Source: Mobula hypostoma
Lineage: Eukaryota
DNA: 64,000 bases
Assembly (NCBI RefSeq): GCF_963921235.1
Contig: NC_086097.1
Span: forward strand, 13,020,001-13,084,000
Reading direction: 5' to 3'
Numbering within the stretch: the first letter of the stretch is position 1; every line of letters starts with the position of its first letter. The translations under genes and the position numbers were made by a program. The notes under the pieces were generated by a model that worked only from the letters and a program-made list of their open reading frames with translations, did no database searches and was not told the origin of the DNA. Positions 36,953 through 50,206 of the stretch are shown here, one piece after another.

Positions 36953-38337
36953 GCATCAGTGTCCATCACATGTACACTGCCTCATCAAGATACCAGGATT
37001 ACAGCTTAATGTACCACATGCCAATAGCAACTCACTGATATTATAATGCACAAGGAGAACTTCACTTGCTAATTTTTTTCTTGCATTCATTTTACATACT
37101 TTAAAAGCAAGATGGCAAAACTTCCGCATGGGCTACTTAATTAGGACTTACTTCAGCCTCTGGAAACACTTTTCTTGTTCATGAGACCAAATCCACTTAT
37201 CACACTGCTCAAGGAGTGACCTAAGTGGTGCTGACACAGTAGACAGACGAGGGATGAACTTAGTCAGGTAGGTCACCATCTCCAGGAAACGTCTCACCTC
37301 CTCTTTGTTTTGGGTCTCCTGCATATTTTCAATGGCTAAAGTCTTTGTTCAGTCAGGCTTCACTTCCTCTTCAGATATGACATCCCCTATGAAAGGTAGT
37401 TCCTTAACGTCAAACTCACATTTGTCTTTATTTAATTTCAAATTGACATTCCGTGTCACGTCAAGCATCTTTCTCATTTATGCATCACGTTCATCCTTGG
37501 TGGATCTCCAGATGATGATGTCATCCATCATGGTCTCAACACCAAGTATGCCCTCAAAGATCATGTGGATTGTTTTATGGTAGACTTCTGGTGCGGACAC
37601 AATCCCATATGGTAGCTGGAGTAAGCCTTATCTCCCCTGTGGTGCTTTAAAAGTACAGTCTCAAATTTGCCTCGTCAAAACCCAGAGGATACGTCGAGCT
37701 TGCTAAACTATTTTGCACCTGCAAAGCGGAACCTGATCTCCTGTGTTGGCAATTTAAGATGTTCTCTCTTGATGGCTTTATTGTGATCTCTTGGGTCTGG
37801 GCATATCCACAATGCTCTAGTTTTTTTTCGCACAGTGACCAATGTGCTCACCCAATCTGTTGTTTCTTCAATTTTCTGGATGACATTTATCTGTTCCATG
37901 TGTGCTAGTTCTTGTTTAAGCTTGTTTCTAAATGTAAATGGAACTTTGCTGCGTGCATGGATAACAGGAGCTACCGTCTCATCTACATGGATTTTGTGTA
38001 CACAAGGTAAGAATCTGAGCCCCTCAAAGACTCTTCCATGTGGTTATGTTTGGTCTATGAGGCCACTACGAGATCTCTTTTCACCAGGTTGTGCTTTTCA
38101 CATGCACTCAGACCAAATATTGGCTGGATTCTCTTTTCTACAATCAATAGCTGTGCCTTTAGGTGCTGCCCCTTGTGCTTGAAGGTCACTACACAGCCCC
38201 CTTTTACTGGAGCATACTCTCCAGTATAGCCTGCCACTTTTAACTTCACTAGGTAAATTTTGCTCTTTACTTAGAGAGTCTTGTAATCATTCATGGATAA
38301 CAGACTTACCTGGGCTCAAGCTTGAATGGAGTTACTG

Positions 38338-38912
38338 AAGATTTGAATTGACTTTATTAATTACATCCTTCATATACATGAGGAGTAAAGGTCTTTACGT
38401 TACATCTCCATCTAAATATGCAGTGTGCAATTTATAGTAATTTGTAATAAATAGTATGTACAACGGGACAGTCAATATAATGTAGAAATGCAATTGTATC
38501 AGCGTGAATTAATCAGTCTGATGGGCTGGTGGAGGAAGCTGTCCCGGAGCCTGTTAGTCCTGGCTTTTATGCTGCGGTACCGTTTCTTGGATGGTAGCAT
38601 CTGGAACAGTTTGTGGTTGGGGTGGCTCAGTCCCCAGTGATCCTTTGGGCCTTTTTTTACACACCTGTCTTTGTAAGTGTCCTGAATAGTGGGAGGCTCA
38701 CATCTACAGATGTGCTGGGCTGTCCGCACCACTCTCTGCAGAGTCCGGTGTTTGAAGAAAGTACAGTTCCCATACAGGCAGTGATGCAGCCAGTCAGGGT
38801 GCTCTCAATTGTGCCCCTGTAGAAAGTCCGGAGGATCTGAGGGCCCATGCCAAACTTCTTCAGCTGTCTGAGGTGAAAGAGGGGTTGTTGAGCTTTTTCA
38901 CCACACAGCGGG
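38338..38912 (-). mobile_element. Rex1/Babar 3' end inserted in the Gypsy protease region
   Basis: LRQLKKFGMGPQILRTFYRGTIESTLTGCITA; HKLFQMLPSKKRYRSIKARTNRLRDSF. Confidence 0.85.
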
Positions 38913-39947
38913 GATGTAAAGGCCTGTACATTCACAGTCACTGGGATAGTCCATTCTGTTTTACCAGCTACAGGAGTCTGCAGAGAATCTACAAAGACTT
39001 CCTCCATTTGCTCTGTAATCATGTACACCTCTCTCTTGGTAGCCCCAGGTATGCAGCACTTTGCAAAATAATTCTACTTCCCGCATTGAATGCAGGACTT
39101 TCCATGGGCAGGACACATCTTTGGGATGTCTCTACCTCCACATTTGCTGCATTTGCTAGTTTGAGTCTACTTCTTTGCTATGCTGCTGTTTTGGGAAACA
39201 TCTTGTGCTCTGCCCCTCTGTTTTCACAGCATGCACCGTTGTGTCTGTCCTGTTCAGCTCCTCAGCTTACGCTTGTGTGGTCTCTGCAGCCCTACACATA
39301 TTCACAGCCTCTTCCAGCATCATATCGTTCTCATGCGGCGGTCTTCCTAAGAGCTCATAATCTGGTTTTCCGCAAATTATTCTGTCTCTAGGTGGCGAGT
39401 CTCTCAAATCTCCAGTCTTACAAGACTTACTCAATGTGTGAAGCTCAACTATGTACTGGTCAAAGCTAATATATTGTTTCTGGTCTCAGAAATAAATCTT
39501 ACATCTCTCAAATGTGATGTTTTTACTTGGAACAAAATACTCCGCAAATTTTGTCATCAGACTGTCCAATGTAAAAGCTGTCTCATCAATTTGAAAGCTA
39601 TTGTAGATGTCCAAAGCATCTTTGCCAATTACATGCAGAAAAATAGACGCTTCCAATTTTTCATCAACCCCTCAGCTCCACTGGCAGCTAAATATATATT
39701 GAATCACTGTTTGAAGTGTTTCCAGTTATTCTTTAAATTGTTGGTAAACCTCAAATGTGTAGAAGGACATAGCTTACCCATGACAGGGACTCTTGGACTC
39801 TCAAGCAAATTTCCTGGTGAATTTGGTGACTGCTGAAATTCGGGAACAACGTGTTGTCTTGTCTCACTGGCCTGATTTTCTCCATCATAATCTCTTTCTC
39901 AGTCGCACACAGTATTCATTTATTCTCTGAGTTTAGGCCTCACGTCA

Positions 39948-39960
39948 ACTTCTGACATCA
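39948..39960 (-). promoter_or_regulatory. Primer-binding site, tRNA-Leu type
   Basis: Minus strand TGATGTCAGAAGT, one mismatch to TGGTGTCAGAAGT, directly abutting the LTR end. Confidence 0.75.
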
Positions 39961-40143
39961 TGTTATGTTTGTTCTTAGTAAAGACAAACTTGGAGAGGGT
40001 AAACACCAGAACAATTTATTACTTAACGCTGTTCAACACTGAGCAGATGAGCCCAGCTCACCATCGAAGCTTCTGATTCCGGGTGAACCAGCCGCATTGC
40101 CCACTTGGAACTGAAGTTCTCTTTATGTACACACGTTATAACA
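39961..40143 (-). repeat. Gypsy 5' LTR, 183 bp
   Basis: TGTTAT...ATAACA inverted termini; AATAAA on the minus strand near 40015-40020. Confidence 0.8.
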
Positions 40144-41694
40144 CAGTGCACATGATGGAGCTGACTATGTTTACAACTCTTTGCAGTTTATTTCAATCCT
40201 GTGCAGTTACACCCCTCCATTCTTGATGATGATGCTTCCAGTTAGAATGCTCTCCATGGTACATTAGAGAAATATAGAAGATGTACCAAATCTCCTCAAA
40301 TTCCTAATGTCATATAGATGCTGGAATGCCTTCTTTGTACCTGTCCATCATGTGACCCTGTAGTCTCCATTCTCTTGCCTGCCTTAGATGTAACTTTGAA
40401 CGTTGAACCACTTTTGCTGTGTCCCATGCTGGTCCTTTTACAAGCAGACCAATAGTTTGTTTATAATAGAATATCCAGTTCCATTTCAATGTGACTTTGG
40501 AATATACATGTCTGGTCCTGACTTGCAACAGACTGGTTTTGGATCAGGTCTTATTATTTTTATATTATAACCTGTTATGCCAGTGAGTTGTCACTAAGCA
40601 TATTAGCACACTAGCCAACAATTGTAAAGGCATGTCTTTAATCATTAGTGCTGAAAATATTTTCCAACCTAACTTGAGTAATTTTGACTAGGCTTTCTCT
40701 CTTAATGCGTCCTGTCTTTGTAATGTGCCACTACGGTGGCTTAGTCCACACAATGTCCATTGTTTTCCAATGTAGATTACACTGTACATCACAACGTATA
40801 TGGGTGTGAGGTTGGATCACACTAAACATCGAACTGATTTGGTGAGATTGAGAATGGCATTGGGCTGGGTTGCCCAAGTGCATTATGGGGTCTGGGTCCT
40901 AGAGCGAGGCATTGCCTGGTGCCTGGACAATTTAAACACTAGCACAGATAGACTGGGAGGTCAAGTGTTGGGAACGGAGGCGAGTGTCAGGCTGATTTTG
41001 CTCACTCCTCTTTGAACATTCATTCTTTCTCTGTGGGGCTGAAGCTGTGAACCGATCTGGCAACTGTGTTTTTTTGCCCTGCTGGAGTGATGAATTGGGA
41101 CAGAGGCTTGGGCCTACTCGAGCTGCTCCAGGAGCGGATTTGGGACTCAGTCTGGTTCGGAATGCAGGTGGCTTGCTTCTGTTGGTTGCATGATTTGTGG
41201 TTCTTATTTTCTCTCTTTCTCTGCACAGTAGTACTAGGTGTTTCTGTTTTTTTTAAATTGGGTTATTCAGGTTTCAGGTTTCTTGCTTTGTGGCTGTCTG
41301 TAGGAAGACAAATCTCAAGGTGTATAATTTATACATTCTTTGATAACAAATGTCCTTTAAATCATGTATCTTTGAGTTTGTCTTCATATTTATAAAACCC
41401 CATGGGGGTAGGTTTTAGATTGATTGTAAACTTTCTCAATTCAGTGGCAGTATCAACTCACATGTCAATGGACAATCTAAGACACAAGAGATTTTGCAGC
41501 AGCTGGAAATCTAGAACAACACACACAAAATGCTGGAGGAACTCTGTGGGTGAGGCAGCAACTATGGAGGGAAATAAAGAGTCAAAATCCTTCATCAAGA
41601 CTGTTTTCCTGTTGAGTTCCTCTAGCATTCTTTGTGTGTTGCTCAATGCAAAGTCAGTGTCTTTATTAAAAAAGAACATGTTATTATTGATAGT

Positions 41695-42070
41695 TGGGTG
41701 GTGGAAGGAGATACGTCTCTGCCAAAGGAGGTGTAAGGCACTCCTTCCCTCTGCTAGCCTTCAGGTCACCCTTGGGCAAGGTGTAACACCTACTTAGCCC
41801 CTCTCCCGATCAAGATTACTTGAGGAGCAGGTGGTGGATGGTCATAAAAGTAGCTAGTGCAAATCACAAGGACTGGTTATACAACTCCTGATGCCAGCAG
41901 AGAATCTCTGAAGAGTATTGATAATGGCTGGGGTCACCCATCTTGTAAAGACTCTACCCAGAAGGCAATGGCAAACTACTTTAGTGGAGAAATTTGTCAA
42001 GATCTATCATGGTCATGGAAAGACCATGATTGCTCATGTCATACAACACAGCACATAACAAATGAATGAA
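41695..42070 (+). mobile_element. RTE-related non-autonomous retroposon
   Basis: Homologous to 13855-14168; ends (AATG)n. Confidence 0.65.
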
Positions 42071-42269
42071 CAAATTACTGTTAATGTTTGCAGAATAGAT
42101 TACAATATTTCTTTATCTAAATGAATTTCCAAGTCATCCTTCTGTTAGCATTTCATATTGCTTGTCTCAGCCTCAGCCCTGAAATCCATTACCTTTCTCA
42201 GTCTAAGTTCAAGTTTTTGTCACAAAGAGTAGTCGATATGTGGAATGAACTGCTGGGGGAAGTGATGGA

Positions 42270-42520
42270 CACAATGAGCTGCAGTGCCCAGTAACCCACC
42301 TATTTAACCCCAGCCTAACCACAGGATAATTTACAATGACCAACTAACCTACTAACCGGTATGTCTTTGGACTGTGGGAGGAAACCGGAGCACCCAGAGG
42401 AAACCCACATGTTCATGGAGAGAACGTACAAACTTCTTACAGACAGTGCCAGAATTGAATTCTGAACTCCGATGCCCTAAGCTGAGGTGTAATAGCTTCC
42501 TATATGGCTACCGTCGCATA
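42270..42520 (-). mobile_element. HE1-like V-SINE
   Basis: GTCTTTGGACTGTGGGAGGAAACCGGAGCACCCAGAGGAAACCCAC. Confidence 0.85.
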
Positions 42521-42826
42521 GTACTGAAACTAGATGTATGTGAGTCTTTAAGTTCTTTCATCTAACTGCCTGTGACCCGATTATAAAGCATACACACTAC
42601 ATGAATCTCCTGTCCAATCAGGATCACAGTATGAATACATATGTACTACACAAATAACAGCATGACCAATCTCACATTTATTTAATTATCTAAATATCAA
42701 GTCCCTGGTTGCCTGAGTGAGATATTGAATTCACTGCTACATTTTATTAATTCAATGATAATATCACCATTCCCTAAAAAATCTACCATTGAACTAGTGG
42801 TGATCAAACAATAGGATTGTGGTTGT

Positions 42827-43389
42827 CACTCAGTGGCTATTTTGTTAGGTACACCTATACAACTGCTCGTAAATGCAAATATCTAATCAACCGATCATGT
42901 GACAGTAACTCAAAAGCATAAAAGCATATAGACACGGTCAAAGGTTGTTCAGACTCCATCAGAATGGAGAAAAAAATGTGATCTAAATGATTTTCACTGT
43001 AGAATGATTGTTGGTGCCAGAATGGGCAGTTTGAGTATTTCAAAACGGCTGATCTTCTGGGATTTTCATACACTACAGTTTCTAGAGTTTACAGAGAATG
43101 GTGTGAGAAACAAAAAATACTTCCAAAGATGTCCCATTTCTGTGTGGTGAAAATGCCTTGTTAATGAGAGAGGTCAGAGGAGAATGGCCTGACCGGTTCA
43201 AGCTGACAGGAAGGCGACGGTAACTCAAATAACCACACATTACAACAGTGGTGTGCAGAAGAACATCGTTGAATGCACAACACATTGAAACTTGAAGTGG
43301 ATGGGCTACAGCATGCAAAGACCACAAACATACACTTAGTCACAACTTTAGCAGGTACAGGAGATATCAAATAAAGTGGCCACTGAGTG
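42827..43389 (+). mobile_element. Tc1-like non-autonomous DNA transposon
   Basis: TIR CACTCAGTGGC..//..GCCACTGAGTG; internal transposase HTH remnant RMIVGAR..TADLLGFSYTTVSRVYREWCEK. Second copy at 58878-59425. Confidence 0.85.
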
Positions 43390-43624
43390 GGTAGGCCAAA
43401 ACTAATTTTGCCCTTGCATATTTCTAATCAAAGTCAAAGTAAATTTATTATCAAAGTAAGTACATGTTACCATGTACAATTCAGAGTTTCATTTTCTTGC
43501 AGGCATTCACAGAGAACAAAGAAATACAATAGCTGCACATAACCAAGACTGACATGTAATCAATGTGCAAAAGAAGACAAATACAAAGTTTATACCCTAA
43601 TAATATAATATTACAGATATAATA

Positions 43625-44781
43625 TAACATTACAGGATAAGCAAGAACAACTTACTTAGATTACATATAAGCAAGAACAACTTACCAAACAGATAAAAAC
43701 TTTCCAAACACACATAACATACAGAAATCAGTAAGTGAAAACCAAAAATATACTGAATTAAAAGAGGAAATTGAAAGACTATGGAACATGAACAGGGTAT
43801 CCATTGTCCCAAAAGTAATATCTAGAACTGGTATCATCCCAATGTCACTACACAATAGCATTAAACAATCAGACCTACACAGCAATATTTATGTAAATCT
43901 TCAGAAAGTCACTATACTAAACACGACTTGTATTGAGTTATAGAGTCATAGAGAAGTGTAGCACAGAAGCAGACTCTTTGGCCTATCTGGTCCATACCAA
44001 AAGCATTTAAACTGCTTTCTCTTATCGTACCCCTACTATCCAAGTGCACAGTCAAGCTTTGCTTTAACATCGAAATTGAGTTCGCATCTACCACTTGTGC
44101 TGGCCGCTCGTTCCACACTCTTATGACCCTCTGATTGAAGCAGTTTTCCCTCATGTTCCCCTTTAAATTTTCACCTTTCTCCCTTAACCCTTGACCTTTG
44201 GTTTTAGTCCCACCTGACTTCAATGGAAAAAGCCTGCTTGGTTTTACCCTATCTATACCCATCATAATTCTGTATACCTCTGTCAAACCTGCTCTCACTC
44301 TGCAACGTTCTAAGGAATAATGTCTTAACCTATTCAATTTTTCCTTATAACTCAGCTCCTCCAGACCTGGTAACATCTTTGAAACTTTTCTCTGTATTCT
44401 TTTCATTCGATGGGCCGAATGGCCTACTTCTGCTCCTATATCTTATGGTCTAACTTATTTACATCTTTCCTGTAGGTTGGTGACCAAAACTGCACACAAT
44501 GCTCCAAATTAGGCTTCATCAATTTCTTATACAACTTCAACATAACATCTCATCTCCTGTACTCAATACTTTGATTTATGAAGGCCTATCTACTAAAAGC
44601 TTTCTTTTACGATGCTGTCTACCAATGAAAGTCACTTCCAATGAATTATGGACCTGTTTCCCAGATCCCTTTGCTCCACCACACTCCTCAGAGCCCTACT
44701 GAAAGTTCTTAGCAATTGAGAAATGAGTGTGCTTGATTATGCCTTTACCTAAAGTTTTACTAGTTTGAGCTCAGAAAAAAT
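43625..44781 (+). mobile_element. R4/Dong-type element 3' end, copy 2 (split by CR1 at 43940-44700)
   Basis: GAGGAAATTGAAAGACTATGGAACATGAACAGGG.. matches 63495-63530; resumes at 44700 with GCAATTGAGAAATGAG. Confidence 0.8.
43940..44700 (-). mobile_element. CR1 3' end
   Basis: RIQRKVSKMLPGLEELSYKEKLNRL..FNQRVIRVWNE. Confidence 0.85.
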
Positions 44782-44793
44782 AAAGATACAATA

Positions 44794-45110
44794 GGAACAA
44801 ATGGGCATCCGTTAGTCTCGTGAGACCATGAATTTGCGCCTTGGAAGGTTTCCAGGGTGCAGGCCTGGGCAAGGTTGTATGGAAGACCAGCAGTTGCCCA
44901 TGCTGCAAGTCTCCCCTCTCCACGCCACCGATGTTGTCCAAGGGAAGGGCACTAGGGCCGATACAGCTTGGCACCGGTGTTGTTACAGAGCAATGTGTGG
45001 TTAAGTTCCTTGCTCAAGGACACAACACGCTGCCTCAGCTGAGGCTCGAACTCACGACCTTCAGATCACTAGACCACCGCCTTAACTATTTGGCCACGCG
45101 CCAACACGCC
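44794..45110 (-). mobile_element. tRNA-derived SINE, full length
   Basis: A box TGGCCAAATAGTTAAGG, B box GAGTTCGAGCC, core GTGTCCTTGAGCAAGG.ACTTAA; 12-bp TSD AAAGATACAATA at 44782-44793 and 45111-45122. Confidence 0.85.
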
Positions 45111-46609
45111 AAAGATACAATAATGATAATAATAAATGAAAAGGTAAACAAACAATACTGTAAGTTGTAGAGTCCTTGAAAGTGAGTCCTTAGGTTGTGT
45201 TCATTGATCAGTTCAGCATTGAGGTGGGTGAGGGGCTGAGGGGACGACTGTTCCTGAACCTAGCGGTGTGCGACCTAAGGACCCTATACCTTCTTCCCAA
45301 TGGCAGCAGTGAGAAGAGAGCATGACTGGATGTGTGCTAAATAGATGGGGGGGGGGGTAGTGTTCCTATGATGTTTCTTGCAGGAGTTTACGGGCAATTA
45401 CAGAAATAAAATTGAATTTATGAAAAACTATACCTAAACAAGGACTGACAAACAGCCGATATGCAAAAGAAGACAAATAGTGCAAATAATAAAATAAGTA
45501 AACAAATAAATAATATTGAGAACTATTAATATATAAATAAATAAATTATCAAAATTCTTCCTCATGCACTTTCCAAATGCATTTTCCAGGAATTCTGATT
45601 TATTACTCTTAGTCAGACCCTGCATCCACCCCAGCTTCCGCTCTCGACCAAGCCGTTCACTGCTAAAGGTTTCACAAGTTGATATGTGTTGAGCTCAAGT
45701 GGAGGAAGCCTGCTGCAATCTTAACTCAATCTCTCATCGAGTCAGAGCAATGATTCATCCTCGATGGATCCTGCACTGTAAATCTGGCAATCTTTCAGGC
45801 AATGCAGTGATCAAGAGAAGCCGACCCAACTTCATATTAAACCCATAAGTTACTTAGGGTCCATGCAGCTTGGGTGGTATACAGCCGGGAGCCAGCTGAG
45901 TTGAGTCTTTTCCTGCCTCGAGATAAAAAATGAAATAATAATTTGGTTCTGATGCCCTGCTTTTGTTCTTCGCGTCCAAAATACTTTGAGACTTTAGTGC
46001 AATAATATCTGACAACATTTTGTTCCAGCCCTGAAATATTTATCCACTGATAACATTAGAAGTGTCCATCAATAAAACTTAACTGGGGGAAAAAACTGAC
46101 TGTATTGAGACATGCCAAACAAAATCCTGTCCTCCTATGGAAGGCTTAGTGTATGAATTATTAAAGACCCTAAACTTACATAATATTGCCATTAAGATCC
46201 TCCACTCTGCTGAAGTAACACGTCTGTGATTTACTTAACACATGTCGATCTTCTGTACTGAGATATTTATTGCAATTGGAAGGGGAGGATAAAAGGTAAA
46301 AGGGAGCAACTTATTTTAATTGGAGAAGGCTTGTCTTTTTAAAAATAAATGACGGGTCTTTCCATCAATGCGAGAAGGCACTCTCATTTGCGCATGTTGT
46401 TATGCAAGCTGGCCACTGTGTGTAAGAATGCAAAAAAAAAGCTTATACTGCTAAAGTTCAGTTCTTCCATCTCTCTGGTATTCATTTTTGTCTTAACTTT
46501 CAGTATAAATGTGCATAGATTTCTGTCTCAGCACGGTGAAGGCTGATAGAATATTCTTGTATCCATGACTGATGTCCAGAATCCTTATTTCATATCCATT
46601 ATTGCTGAA

Positions 46610-47170
46610 GGATCAGAATCAGGTTTAATATCACTGGCGTATGTTGTGAAATGTTTTGTTTTGCAATACGTTGTAATAAAAACAATAAATTACAACAGGA
46701 AATATATATAAAAATTTATTTAAATAAGTGCAAAAAGAAAGGAAAAATACTGAGGTGGTCTTCATGGACTCATTGTCCATTGAGAAATCTGATAGCAGAG
46801 AGGAAGAAACTGTTCCTGAAATGTTGGTCGTGAGTCTGCAGGATCCTGTACCACTTCCTTGATGGTAGCAATGAGAAGAGGACATGATGGATGCTATCTT
46901 TTTGAGGCATCGCCTTTTAAGTGTGGCCTGGAAGTTGGGGACGTTAGTGATCATGATTGAGCTGGATGGGTTTACAACTTTGCAGCTTTTTCCAATCCTG
47001 CGCACTAGCCCCTGCACACCAGACAGTGATGCAACTAGTTAGAATGGTCCCCATGGTACATCTGAAGAAATTTGCAAGTGTCTTTTGGTGGCACACCAAG
47101 TCTCCTCTCTCCTCAAGCTCCTAATGAGATATAGCCAATGTCATGCCTTCTTTGTAATTGCATCAATACC
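46610..47170 (-). mobile_element. Rex1/Babar 3' fragment
   Basis: TCAGAATCAGGTTTAATATCACTG tail; RRCLKKIASI. Confidence 0.7.
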
Positions 47171-47319
47171 CAGGATACAGCAGATCTTCATGATGCCTCA
47201 AAAAAGCAGTATCTGTCGCTAAGGACCTCCATCACCCTGGTGATGCTTTGTTTTCATTGCTATCATCAGGAAGGAGGTACAGAAGCATGAAGGCATGTAA
47301 TCTCCCGCGCCCCCCCCCG

Positions 47320-47535
47320 AGCCCTTTTTATCCTTGTACCTGACTGAACATCCTTTGAATATTGCAATTGTTCCCACCTCCACAGCTTCCCCTGGAAGCT
47401 CATTCCACACACCCACCTGTCTTTGTATGAAGTTGTTTCCCCTCTGGTCCCTCTCAAATCTTTCCCCCCTCACCTTAAATCTTTGTCCTCTAGATTCAGA
47501 CTCCCCATACACAGGGAAAAATACTGTGACCATCC
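47320..47535 (-). mobile_element. CR1 fragment
   Basis: SRGQRFKVRGERFERDQRGNNFIQRQVGVWNELP. Confidence 0.75.
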
Positions 47536-48284
47536 ATTAATGAAGGTACTATTTACTTATTGATGGCCCAAATATTTCTGATGCTTTATGCTGTTATATG
47601 GGTACATGTTTTGGCGTAATGCCCTATATTTGGTATATTCCCTGAGTACAGAGCATATTAGCTAGTTAATAACTGCTTCATGGAGCTCATCAGACAGCCA
47701 AAGTAAAGGGCAGGAATATCATACCAGAACTTGGAAGACATGGTTAAAATTAGGGATTCCTCGCAGGTCAATTGGTTAATCAAACATTCTTGAGAGATTG
47801 CAGATTTCTGCTATTATTTTCTCCTCTTCACTATGAGACAAGCGTGGACATATGTTCAGCATAACAACTGTAATGATTATTTCATTCATGCTCACAAACA
47901 CCTGAGAGAACTGGTAATGATGCAGAGCTGAAGTGATCACAAGCACGAATTGTTACACACCTTAGAGCTGTGTCAATCGACTGTGAGACACTGTAAGCTC
48001 GGACTATCTGTAAATAACCTGCTCAAATGTGGTTGAGTCCGCAGTGATATATTGTAAATAACAATGCATTTGTCATGGCGCTTCCAACAGAAAACATTTT
48101 TCAACAAGTGCTCAGGATCAAATAATGGCCTTAACACATAGAGGATGTGCTAAATGGTTAATGGTAGGGATCCATGGCATAAAAAAGGTGGGAACCCCTA
48201 CTCTAAATGCAGTTTAAAATGTTTGGTGTTGCATACCGTAGGTCATATTTTGGTTAAGGTGGTCGCTAATCCATGCTGAATTTA

Positions 48285-48570
48285 TTTATTTATATAGAGG
48301 TACAGTGCGGAGCAGAGCCTTTTGATTCAATGAGACACGTTGCCCAGCTGCCCACCTTTTTAACCCGAGCCGAGTTACAAGACTACTTGCAATGACCAAT
48401 TAACCTATTAACCTGTATGTCTTTGGACTCCAGAAGAAAACTGGGGCACTCGGAAGAAACCCATGTGCTCATGGGAAGGATGTAAAAACTTCTTACAGAG
48501 GACACTGGGATTGACCTCTGAATTCCAACACCGAGAGTTGCAATAGGTTTGTGATAACCACCATGGCATT
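48285..48570 (-). mobile_element. HE1-like V-SINE; a counterpart starts at 50085 and is split by later insertions
   Basis: GTCTTTGGACT..AAACTGGGCACTCGGAAGAAACCCATG. Confidence 0.7.
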
Positions 48571-48639
48571 GAAATATTCCCTGAGTACACAGAGTACTAA
48601 CTAGTTAATAATATAATCATGGATTTCTCATTCCTTATG

Positions 48640-49212
48640 TTTGTTATAGCTGAGGGTGGTAGTGGGGATAAGCTCCCATTACCTGTTAAATACCCCCAAC
48701 GGTCTGACACAGTCCAGATCCTGGCCTTTGCACGTGACATAGCTACTAAGCCTGATGGAACTGTTTCTACTGACAGGAGAAGGAGCAAAGGTGGGTTAAT
48801 GGCACCTTAAAACCAGTTGCTTCAGGCAGATGGAGCTCATCAACTCGTGGTTGACAGCTCATCTAGAAGAAGGGAAACTTCCATCTCAAATCTTTGCTGT
48901 CTTGCAGCTATATCCACGCATGGATAAAGATTCAGGAGTAAACCCCAAGGAAAAATCCAGGGCTGGAGTCCCTAAGACAGTTCAATATTGAGTTCAACAC
49001 TGACCAGGAACTCCTGCAATGCTGCTGGTGCCAAACTGTACTGGTTTCTGTTGTTCTTTTGGATTCATCAGCTGCATGGAGAGGGGGAGCCTGCTACACG
49101 GGCAACAGTTTTCTCATCATATCACACTTCCCTGGGTGGCATACTGGTTTATGTGTCATGTAGACAGCTGGGACGCAACATCCATGGCTGACTCTAACCA
49201 ATGAAGGGTCTC
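48640..49212 (+). mobile_element. RTE-derived bipartite non-autonomous element; second copy at 57800-58375
   Basis: GGTGGTAGTGGGGATAAGCTCCC..CAGCTCA.CTAG.AGAAGG..GGAGTAAA.CCCAAGGAAAAATC..GACAGCT.GGAC shared by both copies. Confidence 0.65.
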
Positions 49213-50206
49213 ATGGAGTTCAGAGGACATCAGAGTTGCTAAAAATAAAGAGAGGGAATATTATATCAAACATGGACAGCATGATTAAAATTGGGGGTTC
49301 TTCACGGGAGCAATTTCTTAAGCAAATATTCTTGAGAGATTGCAGATTTCTGCTTTTATTTTCTCCCCATCACTGTAACACAAGAAGAGAGTGAAACTTC
49401 AGTGAGGACATATGTTTAGCATAACAACTCAAAGGTAATTTCATTCATGCTCACAGCCACCTGAGAGAATTTGTAATTGTTTGCACAGAGTGGAGTGACA
49501 TTTGCACTCATTATTACTATGGACTCACTTTCAAAGACTCTTGTTCTCGATATTTATTGCTTATTTATTTATTATTATTATTCTGTTTTTTTGTCTCTTT
49601 GTATTCTCCTTGTAACAGTATTTGTGATTTTTGCACATTAGTTGTCTGCCCATCTTTGTTGTGGATGTTTTTTCATTGATTCTATTGTGCTTCTTCGTAC
49701 GTATGTGAATGCCTGCAAGAAAATGAATCTCAGGGTAACATGGTGACGTGTATGGAGTTTGATAATAAATTTGTTCTTTGAACTTTGAACACTTTGGAGC
49801 TGTGCCAATGGACCATGAGGAACTGTACAGGTAAACGTAAGAGACCTCAGACTGTTTGAAAATATCTTATTGAATATGAGTCCATCTGCACTGGTATATT
49901 GTAAATGTACTCCATTTGACATGACATTTCAAATAGAATACATTTATAAAATTGAATTAGTCAGAATTCAACAGTGGTCTTAACATCTCAGGAATGCTCT
50001 GAATGAAGATTAATAAGTTTGGTCTTGCATGCTGCGGAAAAAATGTCATATTTTGGTTGGGGTGGTTATTCCATATTGAATTTATTTATTTAGATATACA
50101 GCTTGGAGCAGGACCTTCCAGCAAACCGAGCCATGCCACCCAACTATGCACCAATTTAACCTTACCCAAATTACAGGACAATTTATAATGACTTATTAAC
50201 CTACTA

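Larger units (their letters stand above)
37170..40143 (-). mobile_element. Decayed Ty3/Gypsy LTR retrotransposon (5'LTR, gag, protease, RT; 3' half missing)
   Basis: gag-like NNWKHFKQ; knuckle CPAHGKSCIQCGK; RT VIQKIEETTDWVSTLVTVRKK..DPRDHNKAIKREH, LPYGIVSAPEVY and MMDDIII. Confidence 0.85.
43430..45330 (-). mobile_element. Rex1/Babar 3'UTR host (43430-43615 and 45123-45330) carrying nested Dong, CR1 and SINE insertions
   Basis: The halves join into the same family as 34725-35050. Confidence 0.7.

Noticed and set aside
45020..45110. tRNA-like sequence with A and B boxes (also 63170-63240)
   Set aside because: It is the head of a TSD-flanked SINE, not a tRNA gene.
48241..48270. TATTTTGGT..GGT motif repeated at 48245, 50049 and 51138, resembling antigen-receptor J segments (YFGxG)
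   Set aside because: Two copies have in-frame stops, and there is no RSS or splice donor; explained by the tandem duplication.
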